A DNA stretch of 64,000 nucleotides from a virus (taxonomy: Duplodnaviria; Caudoviricetes), in the IMG/VR virus record IMGVR_UViG_3300031994_000004; one strand, written 5' to 3'. The notes beneath the pieces were generated by a model. That model saw nothing but the letters and a program-made list of their open reading frames with translations. It ran no database searches and was not told the DNA's origin. Both the position numbers and the translations under genes were made by a program. This document shows, in pieces, positions 29,149 to 40,056 of the stretch (position 1 is its first letter; each line of letters starts with the position of its first letter).

Positions 29149-31254
29149 ATGCTAGTAAGTGGTGGAAAAATAATTGCTATTGATGGTGTTAATACAACCA
29201 GTGCCACATTGTCTGGTGATGGTGTATTCACTCCACTGGGTGTTAATACAGATAATGTTGCTACAAAGAAATTCGTTACAGACAATTTGAATACTGTTAG
29301 TTCTAAACTAACAAATACAGATAATTATTTGTCTGCCGCTATTGATTATGTATCTGCTAATGCTGGTAAAACATATAAACCAGGTGCTGGTATTGAGATT
29401 GACAATAATAATGTTGTTAGTATCAGTTCAGATTATATTGATGCCATTACAAGTGTAAGTGCTATTAAAGGCACAATAATTAGTGGTGATAGTAATTTTA
29501 ATATTACATCGGCTAATAGTGGCAATAATATATTATGGAATTTGGAATTGACTTCTCAACCAGTTGTAACAGATACAACATTGAGTGGCTATAATGGTAT
29601 TATTGCCAGAAAAGATTCTACTGTTTCTAGTCAGTGGAATGTTGGACTTGATGGTACATATAAATCTGCCATTGAACAAGTTAGTGGAAAACTTGATAAA
29701 TCCGACAGTGCTAAATTCTATCCAATAACAAATCCAAGTGGATTTATCACTGGTATTCCTACAAGTTCTAATTGGGATAGTGTTTATTCAACTGTAAACA
29801 CTAACAGTGGAACTTGGAAAGATGTTACTTCTAAAGCAGACCAGACAGATTTGGAAACATTGAGTAGTAATGTTGAACATATAAGTGCTGATGTAGAAAC
29901 AATTAGTTCTAACTTAGACAATAAATTAAATAAAAATGATTTTACCGCTTGGTCTGCTAACATTGATACAGCATTTTATTCTGCTGGTGAAGGTCTAGCA
30001 TTAAATAATCACACATTCTCAATTAGTGCTAAGTATCTTTCTGCTAATGCACTTGACAATTTAAGTGGTAATTGGAACAGTGTTTATGATACTGTATCTT
30101 CTAACAGTGCTAATTGGAATAATCTAACTGCTATCAATACATTTAGTTCTATTGGTGGTGTTTCAGCTAGAAATAGTGCTGACGAATTATTGTTTGAACC
30201 AGGCGATAATGTTTCTATCACTACAGCTAATAATACCATAACTTTCTCTGCTAAAGATACAACTTATGACGAAAATGATTTTATTAGTGCTTCTCATTTA
30301 GATAACATTGGAAGTGTAAGTTCTAATGTAACAAGCAACTCTGCTGATTGGACATCCGCAGCTAGAGCATTAGAAGCTAGTGCTGATAAATGGAACACAA
30401 CACACGAACAATTCAACACAAGTTCTGTAAAATGGAATGAACTTTATGACGAATATCAAGTTAGTTCTAAACTATGGAATGATACCACAGATGCAGTAAA
30501 CACATTTAGTGGTGATTGGAATGAAGTTTCTGCTAAAGCAAATTCTGATGATTTGGAAGAATTGAGTGGTAAGGTTAAAACACTCAGTGGCGAATTAAAA
30601 ACAGCTAGTGCTTTCATTGAAGACCAAATTGATGTTTTGTCCGGTGCTATTGATGGTATAAACTATGATTTGAATTTCATTAGTGGCACAGTTGATAAAA
30701 AACTAGATATAAGTGCATTTGATAGTTATTCTGCAAATGTTAGTGCTGAATTTTCTGCTACTTCTGCTTGGGCACTTGATACATTCTTCAAAACCAGCGA
30801 ATACTTCTACGCTGTTTCAGGCACAGATAGTTCTTCTGAATATTTTAATTGGTCAGGAGATACATTGAGTGCAAGCTGGAAGGTCAAGCATTTTAATCTA
30901 TCGTTCAATTATGCCGTAAAGCCAGTTAGTGCTTGTCCTGATTTTATATATCGTTCACAAATGCAAGTTGGAAATACAATTATTGATGATAGACATTATA
31001 TAGAAGGCTATTCAGATACAGTAAACTACAATGTCAGCTATAACATATATAACGCCGACAATAAAACCTATAAGTTTACATTTAGTGCAGACGATAAGTT
31101 AAATCTTGAAAATCTTCATATCAGTTGTATCGGTTTTATTAACCCAAGAACTTTGAACGGAAACCTAGGATTTGTAGAAGACGGTACTTCCGGTAATTTT
31201 GTTGATAGTCAGGGTAATAAGTTTATATTCGTAGAAAAATTGCCAGTAGGATAA
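29149..31254 (+). CDS. tail fibre-like protein
   Basis: TLSGDG...PLG, Y.AG.G..I fibre motifs, S(A/G)xW coiled repeats; CATAAATA at 29122. Confidence 0.75.
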   Translation: MLVSGGKIIAIDGVNTTSATLSGDGVFTPLGVNTDNVATKKFVTDNLNTVSSKLTNTDNYLSAAIDYVSANAGKTYKPGAGIEIDNNNVVSISSDYIDAITSVSAIKGTIISGDSNFNITSANSGNNILWNLELTSQPVVTDTTLSGYNGIIARKDSTVSSQWNVGLDGTYKSAIEQVSGKLDKSDSAKFYPITNPSGFITGIPTSSNWDSVYSTVNTNSGTWKDVTSKADQTDLETLSSNVEHISADVETISSNLDNKLNKNDFTAWSANIDTAFYSAGEGLALNNHTFSISAKYLSANALDNLSGNWNSVYDTVSSNSANWNNLTAINTFSSIGGVSARNSADELLFEPGDNVSITTANNTITFSAKDTTYDENDFISASHLDNIGSVSSNVTSNSADWTSAARALEASADKWNTTHEQFNTSSVKWNELYDEYQVSSKLWNDTTDAVNTFSGDWNEVSAKANSDDLEELSGKVKTLSGELKTASAFIEDQIDVLSGAIDGINYDLNFISGTVDKKLDISAFDSYSANVSAEFSATSAWALDTFFKTSEYFYAVSGTDSSSEYFNWSGDTLSASWKVKHFNLSFNYAVKPVSACPDFIYRSQMQVGNTIIDDRHYIEGYSDTVNYNVSYNIYNADNKTYKFTFSADDKLNLENLHISCIGFINPRTLNGNLGFVEDGTSGNFVDSQGNKFIFVEKLPVG

Positions 31255-31264
31255 GGAATTTAAC

Positions 31265-31492
31265 ATGAAAGCAAGAGATTCAATTTATAACGTCGGAAAT
31301 GACTACCCACAATTTATTAGTATATACTATAATCCGACACCAACTCCGCCTGAACCTACACCTCCGGAACCGACACCGCCTGAACCTATTCCTGTGAGTG
31401 GAGAATTTATTTATGTAGAGAACGGAATTTCGGGTAGGATAGTAGATGATAAAGGGAACACTATTGTTTATAAAGAATATTTGAATCAATAA
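31265..31492 (+). CDS. small protein with PTPPE repeats
   Basis: PTPTPPEPTPPEPTPPEP; C-terminal YVENGISGRIVDDKGN resembles FVEDGTSGNFVDSQGN of 29149. Confidence 0.65.
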   Translation: MKARDSIYNVGNDYPQFISIYYNPTPTPPEPTPPEPTPPEPIPVSGEFIYVENGISGRIVDDKGNTIVYKEYLNQ

Positions 31493-31531
31493 ACACACAA
31501 AATTATAAATAATATAAAAATAGGAGAATGT

Positions 31532-34111
31532 ATGGATAAAAGATTTTCAGAATTAACGAACAATGCTACCGACTTCGCTAATGACGACGTTATTGCTCTT
31601 GATGGTGAAACTAATGGTACCAGAAAGATGAGTGGCTCTACATTGAAGAGTATAATGAAGGATAATACTTTAGCTACTACGGACAATAATGCTTATATGG
31701 TGTCTAATGGAGATGTAGTTAGAATTAAAGACTTGACTACTGCTATAAATGATTTCCGTAGTGGCGACGTAATACCCGTGGACGGAACGGATGGTACTGC
31801 AAAAATGTCGTATGAAAATTTGCTGAAAGTGACTGCGGGTATTCCTCTTGCAGAAATTACCGATTTGCGTGGAATTGAACCTTATGCGGGAGATCTTACG
31901 GCACTTTCGTCCGACCCTAGTGCTGACCCTAGCGTGTGGTACTTTAATTCGGACTCCTCTGCATCTACGTATAGACGTATAATGTACTACGATGCGGTAA
32001 ATGGCGCGTGGAGGTATTGTGTAAACAACTTAAAAATAGACGATGTAAAGACGTTTATTGCCATAAGAAATAATGCTATTTCTAGTATAATGGATGACTT
32101 GTTTACTGGAAGAAAGCCTGCACCGATTGCGTATTCCGGTGGCATTACTGTCATTACAGCGGACTCTAGTGCTGACAAGGAAAAAGTATATTATGATAAC
32201 GTAAACCCACCGTATCGTTTAATGTATTGGGATGAACAACTTGGCGTGTGGTCATACGTTGGAAACTATAACAAGAACCATTCATTAAGTCTTGCTGGTA
32301 TTGTCGGTGCTGAACCTTACTATGGTGGGCTCACATCGCTGAATGCAGATGCAGACGCGGATAAGTCTAAAATCTACCTGTTGAGTGTAAACTACAAGTT
32401 CGCCGTATATGACTCGGATAGTTCTTCGTGGGTGTACTACGATGCCATCTTCACACTTGAAAAGATGGTAAAATCGCTTTCAAAAATTTTCGGATTTGAG
32501 GTGTTCAATGGTAGTGATGCCGAACTTGCAAATGCGTCTTATAACGGCGACAAGAGCAAGATTTATCTTTCTTTGAAAGACAGCAACCCGTACGAGTTGT
32601 GGAAGTATGGAAGGTTTGTATTTTGGTCGCCTTACTTTAATTCGTGGCAGGTGTCCGATGTTGGTATAAGCGATGTAATCGCTAATTACTACAAGATAAC
32701 TGGAGCAGAGCCGTACTATAAGGGCGGTTTGACCGTCTTGAAGGCTGACCCGGATGCAGATACGTCAAAGACCTACTTTGTTATAACTCCTGGCGGAAAC
32801 TACCTGAAGAAAATGGTGTACGACTCCGTCAATTCAACGTGGGTATATACCGACAAGATAAACCTTGATGTGAACGGCTCGTTGCTTTCCATCATTTCTG
32901 GAATCGTAGGAGCGAAGGCTTACTTTGGCTCGTTACTTACACTTTCTTCGGATACTACCGCAGATACAACGAAGGTGTATTTCTGCGCCCTCGCCTCGTC
33001 TGCCGACTACCTCAAGATATTCGTATATGATGCTGCCACATCTTCCTGGACTTATGGCGGGAGTATTTCGGATTTTATAAACAAGAGCGACGAATCGTTC
33101 AACATTGAAAATGAAAAGGTGCGTGCATACCTTGATAATACTGCGTATGACAACACCGACTACACGTACACCGAGGTGCTGAAGTACGCCGCCAACAACT
33201 ATGACAAGCCGAACGGATTTTCTGTAAATTGGGAATTTGCTGGGACTTGCGACTCGTTCAACGTGAAGGTTTCGCTGACTGGCGACTTTGCCGATGGAAA
33301 GACGTACACATACAATGTTGTGAATACTGCTAGAAGTTTTGTTGTTAAAAATCTTGACCCGTCAAAGGTGGCTGGTGTAAAGGTTTCTTCCGTCACTGGC
33401 GGTGTAGAATCGGTTGTAACTTCAAAGGCTATTCCCTGCGAAGGACGAGTGCGAATGCTCGATGTAGATGGCATCCGTAATGTGCGAGATATTGGTGGAT
33501 GGGACTGCGGGAACGGAAAGCGAATCAAGTACGGCAAGTTTTTCCGTGGTAGTGCGATTGACGAGAGTGGCAGCACAATTACATCTGCGGGAAAGGCCGT
33601 ACTTTACAATTTGAACGGAGTGCGTGCAGAGATTGACTTGCGCTCCACCGCTTCGCCCACCACCTCCGACATTGGTGCATCTTGTGTAAAGTATTCTATC
33701 ACTGGCTATTCTTACATCAATGGTTTCAACAATACGAGCGATGCGTACAACGTATTTAGCCGAGTGTTTACCGAAATCGCAAGCGGACATCCTATCTATA
33801 TGCACTGCTCCGGCGGATGTGACCGCACGGCTTTTTATGTGTGTATGCTTGAAGGATTACTCGGTGTTTCGGAAAATGACATTACTAAAGACTTTGAACT
33901 ATCAAGTTTTATGGATAAGGCTTATTCCAACAACTACCGCAGATACCGCAGTATGGGTGTTGAATACTCTAATAGAGACTGGCTTGGCCTTATCACACTC
34001 ATCAAGGGCTTAACAGGTGGCACTTGGGTCGAAAAGTTTGATACATATTTTACTAGCCTCGGATTTACGCAGTCCGATATTGATGCGGTGCGTAATGCCA
34101 TGTTGGAGTAA
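31532..34111 (+). CDS. putative virion protein: duplicated N-terminal module, six ~60-aa repeats, C-terminal Cys-dependent (PTP-like) phosphatase
   Basis: NVRDIGGW...FFRGS...EIDLR...HCSGGCDRT (CX5R); late promoter 31504; GC-rich from ~31760. Confidence 0.8.
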   Translation: MDKRFSELTNNATDFANDDVIALDGETNGTRKMSGSTLKSIMKDNTLATTDNNAYMVSNGDVVRIKDLTTAINDFRSGDVIPVDGTDGTAKMSYENLLKVTAGIPLAEITDLRGIEPYAGDLTALSSDPSADPSVWYFNSDSSASTYRRIMYYDAVNGAWRYCVNNLKIDDVKTFIAIRNNAISSIMDDLFTGRKPAPIAYSGGITVITADSSADKEKVYYDNVNPPYRLMYWDEQLGVWSYVGNYNKNHSLSLAGIVGAEPYYGGLTSLNADADADKSKIYLLSVNYKFAVYDSDSSSWVYYDAIFTLEKMVKSLSKIFGFEVFNGSDAELANASYNGDKSKIYLSLKDSNPYELWKYGRFVFWSPYFNSWQVSDVGISDVIANYYKITGAEPYYKGGLTVLKADPDADTSKTYFVITPGGNYLKKMVYDSVNSTWVYTDKINLDVNGSLLSIISGIVGAKAYFGSLLTLSSDTTADTTKVYFCALASSADYLKIFVYDAATSSWTYGGSISDFINKSDESFNIENEKVRAYLDNTAYDNTDYTYTEVLKYAANNYDKPNGFSVNWEFAGTCDSFNVKVSLTGDFADGKTYTYNVVNTARSFVVKNLDPSKVAGVKVSSVTGGVESVVTSKAIPCEGRVRMLDVDGIRNVRDIGGWDCGNGKRIKYGKFFRGSAIDESGSTITSAGKAVLYNLNGVRAEIDLRSTASPTTSDIGASCVKYSITGYSYINGFNNTSDAYNVFSRVFTEIASGHPIYMHCSGGCDRTAFYVCMLEGLLGVSENDITKDFELSSFMDKAYSNNYRRYRSMGVEYSNRDWLGLITLIKGLTGGTWVEKFDTYFTSLGFTQSDIDAVRNAMLE

Positions 34112-34347
34112 TGGACTAATCGTTGCCACCCGCTGCCGTAGCCTGCAAAATGGGCTTAAAAGCCCAGCAGCTGACTAATAACCAAGTTTACTGAACAAGG
34201 AGGACTCCCCTATGCCTTACAATAGACAAATACCTGATGCACCCATGCAGGGTCTATGTTGCCTATGTTCATTGGTTTAGGGAGTCTCCCCCAACTAGAA
34301 TGGAATGCTTTTAACTAAATCACTTTTTATTTAAGGAGAACTTTACA

Positions 34348-34428
34348 ATGTCTTTCAAAATCAAAACACATACTAGCGAGTCCGCAGATTCCGTGTTTGC
34401 CGACCGAAAAAAGGAAGTGCTTGCATGA
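34348..34428 (+). pseudogene. 26-codon gene remnant at the end of the GC-rich insert
   Basis: AAGGAG RBS then MSFKIKTHTSESADSVFADRKKEVLA*. Confidence 0.35.
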
Positions 34429-34577
34429 AATAGTGGGCAAGTTTCAACAGCAACTGACTTTTAATAGTTGTAAAATAAATTAAAGCCATCTATACAATTA
34501 GATGGCTTTTCTATTATATTGTCAATTATAATAAAGTTCATAAATATATTGTGAATAATATATTAAGAGGTTTATAA

Positions 34578-36110
34578 ATGGCAATACAAAAGCACAATAC
34601 TTATTATGACACAACAAAGCCTAATTCAGGAATATATTGTTATGATGAAAATGGTAATCATAAAGAAGTATTAACCAAAAACGATTTAAATGCCATTTCT
34701 AGTATTAGTTCTATTAATGATAAAGTAACCGCTCTATCAGGTAAAACTGTAAGTGAAATTAAATCTACTGATACAGTTACTGCTACACCACATACTGCAC
34801 CAGATGGCACAATTTATTATGAATTATCAGTAGATGAAGTAGCTGTACCTGATATTTCTGGTTACAATGGAATTAGTGCTAGATACAATGAAGAAACTAA
34901 CCAATATGAAGTTGGTTTCAAAGAAAACGATTATGCTTACTTGTTTGGTCATTATGGAAACAATAGTACATTAACAGATGGTACAATTCTTAAATTGGAT
35001 AGTAACAACTATTACAAGATTACCATAGATGAAGATGGTTATATAACATTACCACAAACTACAAATAAATTTACATTTTGTATTAACGAATATATTGATG
35101 ATAACACTAACCAGAACCACGAATTTCTATTAAACAAATTAGTGTTGTCCGCTAAAAACAGTGACTCTATTGTTGCTTCACAGAATTACTATCCATCAGA
35201 AGTTGGTAGTAGTAATGTTACATTAGCCTTGACTATTGACAATAGTATTTCACCAAAAGAATATTGTATTGTTTATAAAGGTAGTGATGTTCCAACGAAC
35301 AAACTACACATTGAAGCTAGTATTCTTGAAGAAGTAAGAAGTTTAGATAGTTCTCGCGGTGAAGTAGATGGTTATACTGGTAGAGAACCAATTAGAGTAA
35401 TTCAAAATTCAAGAATTGTTGAATTACTTTATGATGAAGATGTATTTACACTTAAAGAAGATGCTTCATTAGGTGCTAAAAAATTGACTATTGAATCACA
35501 GGGTGGTGAAGTTGTTAATAAGGAAACCTTTGATAAATTGTTGAACACTATTAACGGTCGTATTACTGAAACTATCCCATTCGGTGCTTTAAACCAAGTT
35601 GGTTCAATGGCTGGTGCGAAACAATATGCTTATTTGTTTAGACCAACTATTGAATATGATATGACACAAGATACTGTAGCATATATGTTCGGTGGTAATT
35701 ATGACGATTCACAAAGAGTAGCGGTTGCAGTATATGATTCTTCAAAAACATCTGATAACTTAATTTGGCGTTCAGATTATCCATTACTTAATGTAGGTAG
35801 TGGTGGTGAACATACAATGCAAGCACATCCAAGCAGTCCATCTGGAACAATTTATCCTGATCACTTATATTATATTGCTGTTAGAATAGACAAAAATGGT
35901 GGTGGTGGTAGCTGGAACAATGTTCTTGGTGTACCTATTACAAACAATACTGATGTTGGTAATTTGCGTGTATGGCTTGGTTATGGTTTCACCGGTGGAG
36001 ATAATCTTGATTTCCCAAATTCAATAAACTTTAATACACAAGGTTCACTTGGTAATTTTGGTGGTTTGAAACCTTATGTTGGTTTTAGAACAAACATACC
36101 TAATGATTAA
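34578..36110 (+). CDS. tail-fibre-associated structural protein
   Basis: CATAAATA 34539; ISGYNGISAR resembles LSGYNGIIAR of 29149. Confidence 0.65.
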   Translation: MAIQKHNTYYDTTKPNSGIYCYDENGNHKEVLTKNDLNAISSISSINDKVTALSGKTVSEIKSTDTVTATPHTAPDGTIYYELSVDEVAVPDISGYNGISARYNEETNQYEVGFKENDYAYLFGHYGNNSTLTDGTILKLDSNNYYKITIDEDGYITLPQTTNKFTFCINEYIDDNTNQNHEFLLNKLVLSAKNSDSIVASQNYYPSEVGSSNVTLALTIDNSISPKEYCIVYKGSDVPTNKLHIEASILEEVRSLDSSRGEVDGYTGREPIRVIQNSRIVELLYDEDVFTLKEDASLGAKKLTIESQGGEVVNKETFDKLLNTINGRITETIPFGALNQVGSMAGAKQYAYLFRPTIEYDMTQDTVAYMFGGNYDDSQRVAVAVYDSSKTSDNLIWRSDYPLLNVGSGGEHTMQAHPSSPSGTIYPDHLYYIAVRIDKNGGGGSWNNVLGVPITNNTDVGNLRVWLGYGFTGGDNLDFPNSINFNTQGSLGNFGGLKPYVGFRTNIPND

Positions 36111-36118
36111 GAGGATAT

Positions 36119-36475
36119 ATGTTAATTAGTTATAACAAAGAAAAAATAGGACAAAATTATAATGATGCTTTTTTCGCAAAGCATTATGAGTTATATAATG
36201 CAGCTAATCATATATCTGGTCTAGACTGGAATTATTTAATCGCACCTTATTTGGATAGAGATTTACACGAAAAACTTTTAGCTGTAACATTAACAGATAT
36301 GCAGCCAATTATTACAGAAATTACCAGTATTCTTTCACTTATTCGTAGTGGTTATTTTTACACAGCATCTTTGATACTATCACAGTTAGATGTTTCATAT
36401 AGTACAACATTGAGCGAAATAAAAGTATGGTTATTGAAATCACTAAAAGAAGCAGACGATACGGAGGATAATTAA
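36119..36475 (+). CDS. small helical protein, possible fibre chaperone
   Basis: LSLIRSGYFYTASLIL resembles ISLVQTGSFREAKLVL of 39336. Confidence 0.55.
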   Translation: MLISYNKEKIGQNYNDAFFAKHYELYNAANHISGLDWNYLIAPYLDRDLHEKLLAVTLTDMQPIITEITSILSLIRSGYFYTASLILSQLDVSYSTTLSEIKVWLLKSLKEADDTEDN

Positions 36476-37926
36476 TGTCAGTTGAAAATATAAAGAACCC
36501 TAGTGTTACAGAAGACGCATTAGCCTTAGGTCTGGATTCTTCAGGTTATATAGTTTCAATTAGTGGGCATTACCTAGCTGGTGGTAGTGGAGGTGGCAGC
36601 ATTTCTTATAGTGGTAGAAATGGTGTTAGTATAAATGGTTCATATATTGAACTTGAAACTACTGCAAAGAATGCTGTAGATGCTATTGCTGGAATTACTA
36701 CTGATGTCGGAACATTAAAAACTGCTAGTGCCGGTTGGGATAAAGTAAGTGCTAAATTAGACACTTCTGCTTTTAGTACAGTTAGTAGTAATTTCGTAAA
36801 TAAGAATGATTTGAATAGTTATGCTACAAAGAGTGACTTAGAAACTACAAGTGGAGAATTATTGACTACAGCACAATATAAATCTGATATGGAAGACTAC
36901 TTAACAAAGAGTGAAGCTAGTACAACATATCAACCAACAGGTAACTATCTTGTTGCTAATGATATAACTGGTAAATTGGATAAATCCATTTATTCAAATG
37001 CAAGTGGTAATTGGGAAGCATCTTATAATGTTTTGACTGCATATAGTGCAGCAGGAACTTGGTTGACTGCTCACCAATCTTTAACAAACTATTATACAAA
37101 AGATGAAACAAGTGGTGCAGGTGAGTTATCTACTGAATTTGCTAAGTATCTTACAACAGCACAATATAATACAGATAGTGCTACATTCGCATTAAAATCC
37201 GATTTGAATGGATTAGTTAATAGTGCTAGTGTAACTACAAATGATAATTATGTAATGACTAACTCCGGTTGGAAAGTATTAACTCTTCCAGGTGGTGGAA
37301 TGACACAAGTTTATCACGATACCACATTAACAGGTGATGGTAATACTAATGATAATCAACTTGGTGTAAAATGGGAAACATTAAGTAGTAATACTATTGC
37401 TTATTCAAATTCTGCATTTAATTTAACTAATGGAACTTCTGTTTCTAGTTTTGACCAAATTTCTGCTGCTATTGATAGTAGATATTCAAAAACTGCAAGT
37501 GATAATAGATATTTACAAAAATCATTAGATGATACACTTACTGGTGATGGAAAAGATTCTTCACATAAATTAGGTGTTGCTTGGTCTGCATTAAGTGGTA
37601 ATACTATTGCTTCGGCCGAAAAAGCTGGTGAAGCACAAGGTTTTAGATGGGGAGATAATACATATCAAGATACATCTGCTGCACTTACTAATTTGTGGAA
37701 TGCAAAAAATCATGTTACTTTACAGACTGCTAATAATATACTAACAGTAGATAATAATGATAATACAAGTGCAACATTGAGTGCTATGAGTTATGTTAAT
37801 AATACATTGAATAACAGAGCATTCTTGCCACAAAAGGCTTGTGTATGTTTGGAAAGTGAAATAACAACTATGGCAACTTTAGCAAGCGGACAAGGTATGT
37901 TATTCTTTGTAGTTTCTGCACATTAG
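36475..37926 (+). CDS. tail fibre-like protein
   Basis: L..Y.TK.E repeats, two DTLTGDG...LGV.W..LS.NTIA repeats. Confidence 0.7.
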   Translation: MSVENIKNPSVTEDALALGLDSSGYIVSISGHYLAGGSGGGSISYSGRNGVSINGSYIELETTAKNAVDAIAGITTDVGTLKTASAGWDKVSAKLDTSAFSTVSSNFVNKNDLNSYATKSDLETTSGELLTTAQYKSDMEDYLTKSEASTTYQPTGNYLVANDITGKLDKSIYSNASGNWEASYNVLTAYSAAGTWLTAHQSLTNYYTKDETSGAGELSTEFAKYLTTAQYNTDSATFALKSDLNGLVNSASVTTNDNYVMTNSGWKVLTLPGGGMTQVYHDTTLTGDGNTNDNQLGVKWETLSSNTIAYSNSAFNLTNGTSVSSFDQISAAIDSRYSKTASDNRYLQKSLDDTLTGDGKDSSHKLGVAWSALSGNTIASAEKAGEAQGFRWGDNTYQDTSAALTNLWNAKNHVTLQTANNILTVDNNDNTSATLSAMSYVNNTLNNRAFLPQKACVCLESEITTMATLASGQGMLFFVVSAH

Positions 37927-37935
37927 GAATAATTT

Positions 37936-39333
37936 ATGGCTTGGAAAACAGAAGGTAAAATTGGTTATCTTATAGGTACTGGTGGACAAGGCGCAGCTCA
38001 TTGGGATGCTGAGCGTGTGCTTTATCAAGCACCTAATGTAAATACACAAGAAGAAATTGAAAAAGTATTTTACTTGCCTCCTGGAGGAAATCCAAATACA
38101 GATTTACTGCTTGTTTGGAGAAGATACTGGGAAGAAGTTAAACAACTTGTTGCTGGTAATCAAAATGTTGCCATTGAGTATATACCAACACAAGATATAT
38201 CAGTAACTGATATAGGCATTTTTACAAATGAAAATAGTACAGGTAGAAAACCTCGTATTAAGATTTTTCATGAATGTGGCTTATGTGTTGCATTTGCCAA
38301 TGGTGATGTACAAACTACAAACCAAGTAGTATATGAATTAAGTGGCTCTAACCACGATGCAGTAATTCAAGCAACTACCCTTAAAGCTGGACAAAAATAC
38401 TATATCGTTTATTCACACGGTTATGGTAGTGGTAATGATTTCTTCCCTGCATATTTTCAAAACACGAATGGAAATTATAAGGTTTATGAAAATGAACAAG
38501 ATAATATACAAGTATTTGATATAAGCGAAAATGCTCAATACTTGAAACCTTCAAAATACAAAGGTGTTTTGTCAAATTCTATGGGAATCTTTGCTTTCGC
38601 TACTGATGACTGGTTCGTATGGATGGGTTCCACAGAAACAGGTATGACACAAGGACAAGTATATAGAAGAACTGATGTTGGTGAAGGTTGGACTTTTGAA
38701 GGTATAATTGGTGACCCTACAAATTATCATACAATTACCAGTAATGATTTGTCTAATTTACTTTCTAAGGACAATGGTGCTGACTTTATTTGGTATGTGG
38801 ATGCAGTTCCTGGTATGAATCGTGGTGAAATATGGGGAAAGCCTGAAGGATTTAACCCACATTTAGTTGATTTAAGCACATATAGTAATTCGGGTGAAAA
38901 AGAGGCTTTTGTTGCGTATAACTTAACACAATATGATGATGTGATGATTTCAAATGGTCAAATTTGGTATAGCAGTGATATAGGTTATACACTTTCTTTG
39001 AAAGCAGGATATAAAAGTACAGTCACATCTATGACGCCATTGACTGCAAAGCCAACAAATCCAGTAGACAAAACTCTATATTATCTTATTAGTTCTGAAG
39101 CAGGTTATCACATGAATATAGTCTGTGTTTATGAAAATGGCAATTACACGGTCATTGATGATAGAAACATAACCAATTATTTCAATTATGAGTCTTTATC
39201 AACGAAATTGGAAAAAATTGGAACTAACCAACAATTACTTGAGGCATTATATAATGGAGATACTACATTCTTAAATGCTACAGTAAATACGGATAAGAAA
39301 TTTTATCTTAAATTAAATGGAAACGAGGTTTAA
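37936..39333 (+). CDS. tail-associated hypothetical protein
   Basis: 465 aa ORF in fibre operon. Confidence 0.6.
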   Translation: MAWKTEGKIGYLIGTGGQGAAHWDAERVLYQAPNVNTQEEIEKVFYLPPGGNPNTDLLLVWRRYWEEVKQLVAGNQNVAIEYIPTQDISVTDIGIFTNENSTGRKPRIKIFHECGLCVAFANGDVQTTNQVVYELSGSNHDAVIQATTLKAGQKYYIVYSHGYGSGNDFFPAYFQNTNGNYKVYENEQDNIQVFDISENAQYLKPSKYKGVLSNSMGIFAFATDDWFVWMGSTETGMTQGQVYRRTDVGEGWTFEGIIGDPTNYHTITSNDLSNLLSKDNGADFIWYVDAVPGMNRGEIWGKPEGFNPHLVDLSTYSNSGEKEAFVAYNLTQYDDVMISNGQIWYSSDIGYTLSLKAGYKSTVTSMTPLTAKPTNPVDKTLYYLISSEAGYHMNIVCVYENGNYTVIDDRNITNYFNYESLSTKLEKIGTNQQLLEALYNGDTTFLNATVNTDKKFYLKLNGNEV

Positions 39334-39335
39334 AG

Positions 39336-39977
39336 ATGCATTATGCAGTTAATAAAGAAACAAATTTGGTAAAGTATTCTGCTGATAATCTTTACCTATT
39401 ACAACATATATTTGATTTAAACAAAGATGATATACACAATTATAAAATTTTGGAGGATAGCGGCATGAAAGTTGTTAGCCGAATAGTTTATGTAGATGGT
39501 GAATGTATCTACAATTCAAAGTCATTCTGGCTCTCAGACACGCCAGCACAAATACTTGAAAATTATAGTGAACACGAAGTAATAGATTTCTTGGGTAAAT
39601 CAGTTGATGAACTTCGTTTCAAAATTGAGAAAGACAATAACCAATCAAGATTAGCGACCATTGAAGATAGAGCAGGTGAAGTTTGCTACAACATTGAAGT
39701 CGGTAATGAATTTATCGCATTATTCCGTGAAGAATGTATCTTTACAGATTTTGAAACGGTTACGCCATTGGAAATAGCCCAAAAGTTATTAACAGTTATT
39801 TCACTTGTTCAAACAGGTTCATTTAGAGAAGCTAAACTTGTTCTAAAGACAATAGAAAATGACGCTTTCTTGACACCTGAAAGAATACAAAAATATGAAG
39901 ATATGTTAGACTCAGCAGATGCCATTACTTATGCGACACCTGAAGAATTTTTCTACACAGCACAAGAAAATACATAA
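39336..39977 (+). CDS. hypothetical protein, paralogous C-terminus to 36119
   Basis: GAGG RBS; shared helical motif. Confidence 0.6.
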   Translation: MHYAVNKETNLVKYSADNLYLLQHIFDLNKDDIHNYKILEDSGMKVVSRIVYVDGECIYNSKSFWLSDTPAQILENYSEHEVIDFLGKSVDELRFKIEKDNNQSRLATIEDRAGEVCYNIEVGNEFIALFREECIFTDFETVTPLEIAQKLLTVISLVQTGSFREAKLVLKTIENDAFLTPERIQKYEDMLDSADAITYATPEEFFYTAQENT

Positions 39978-40056
39978 CAAAACTCATAAATATAGTGTAA
40001 ACTAAATTTGTGATTTTGATGATATGATGTTTATCTTTACTTTAAGGAGAAAAATC

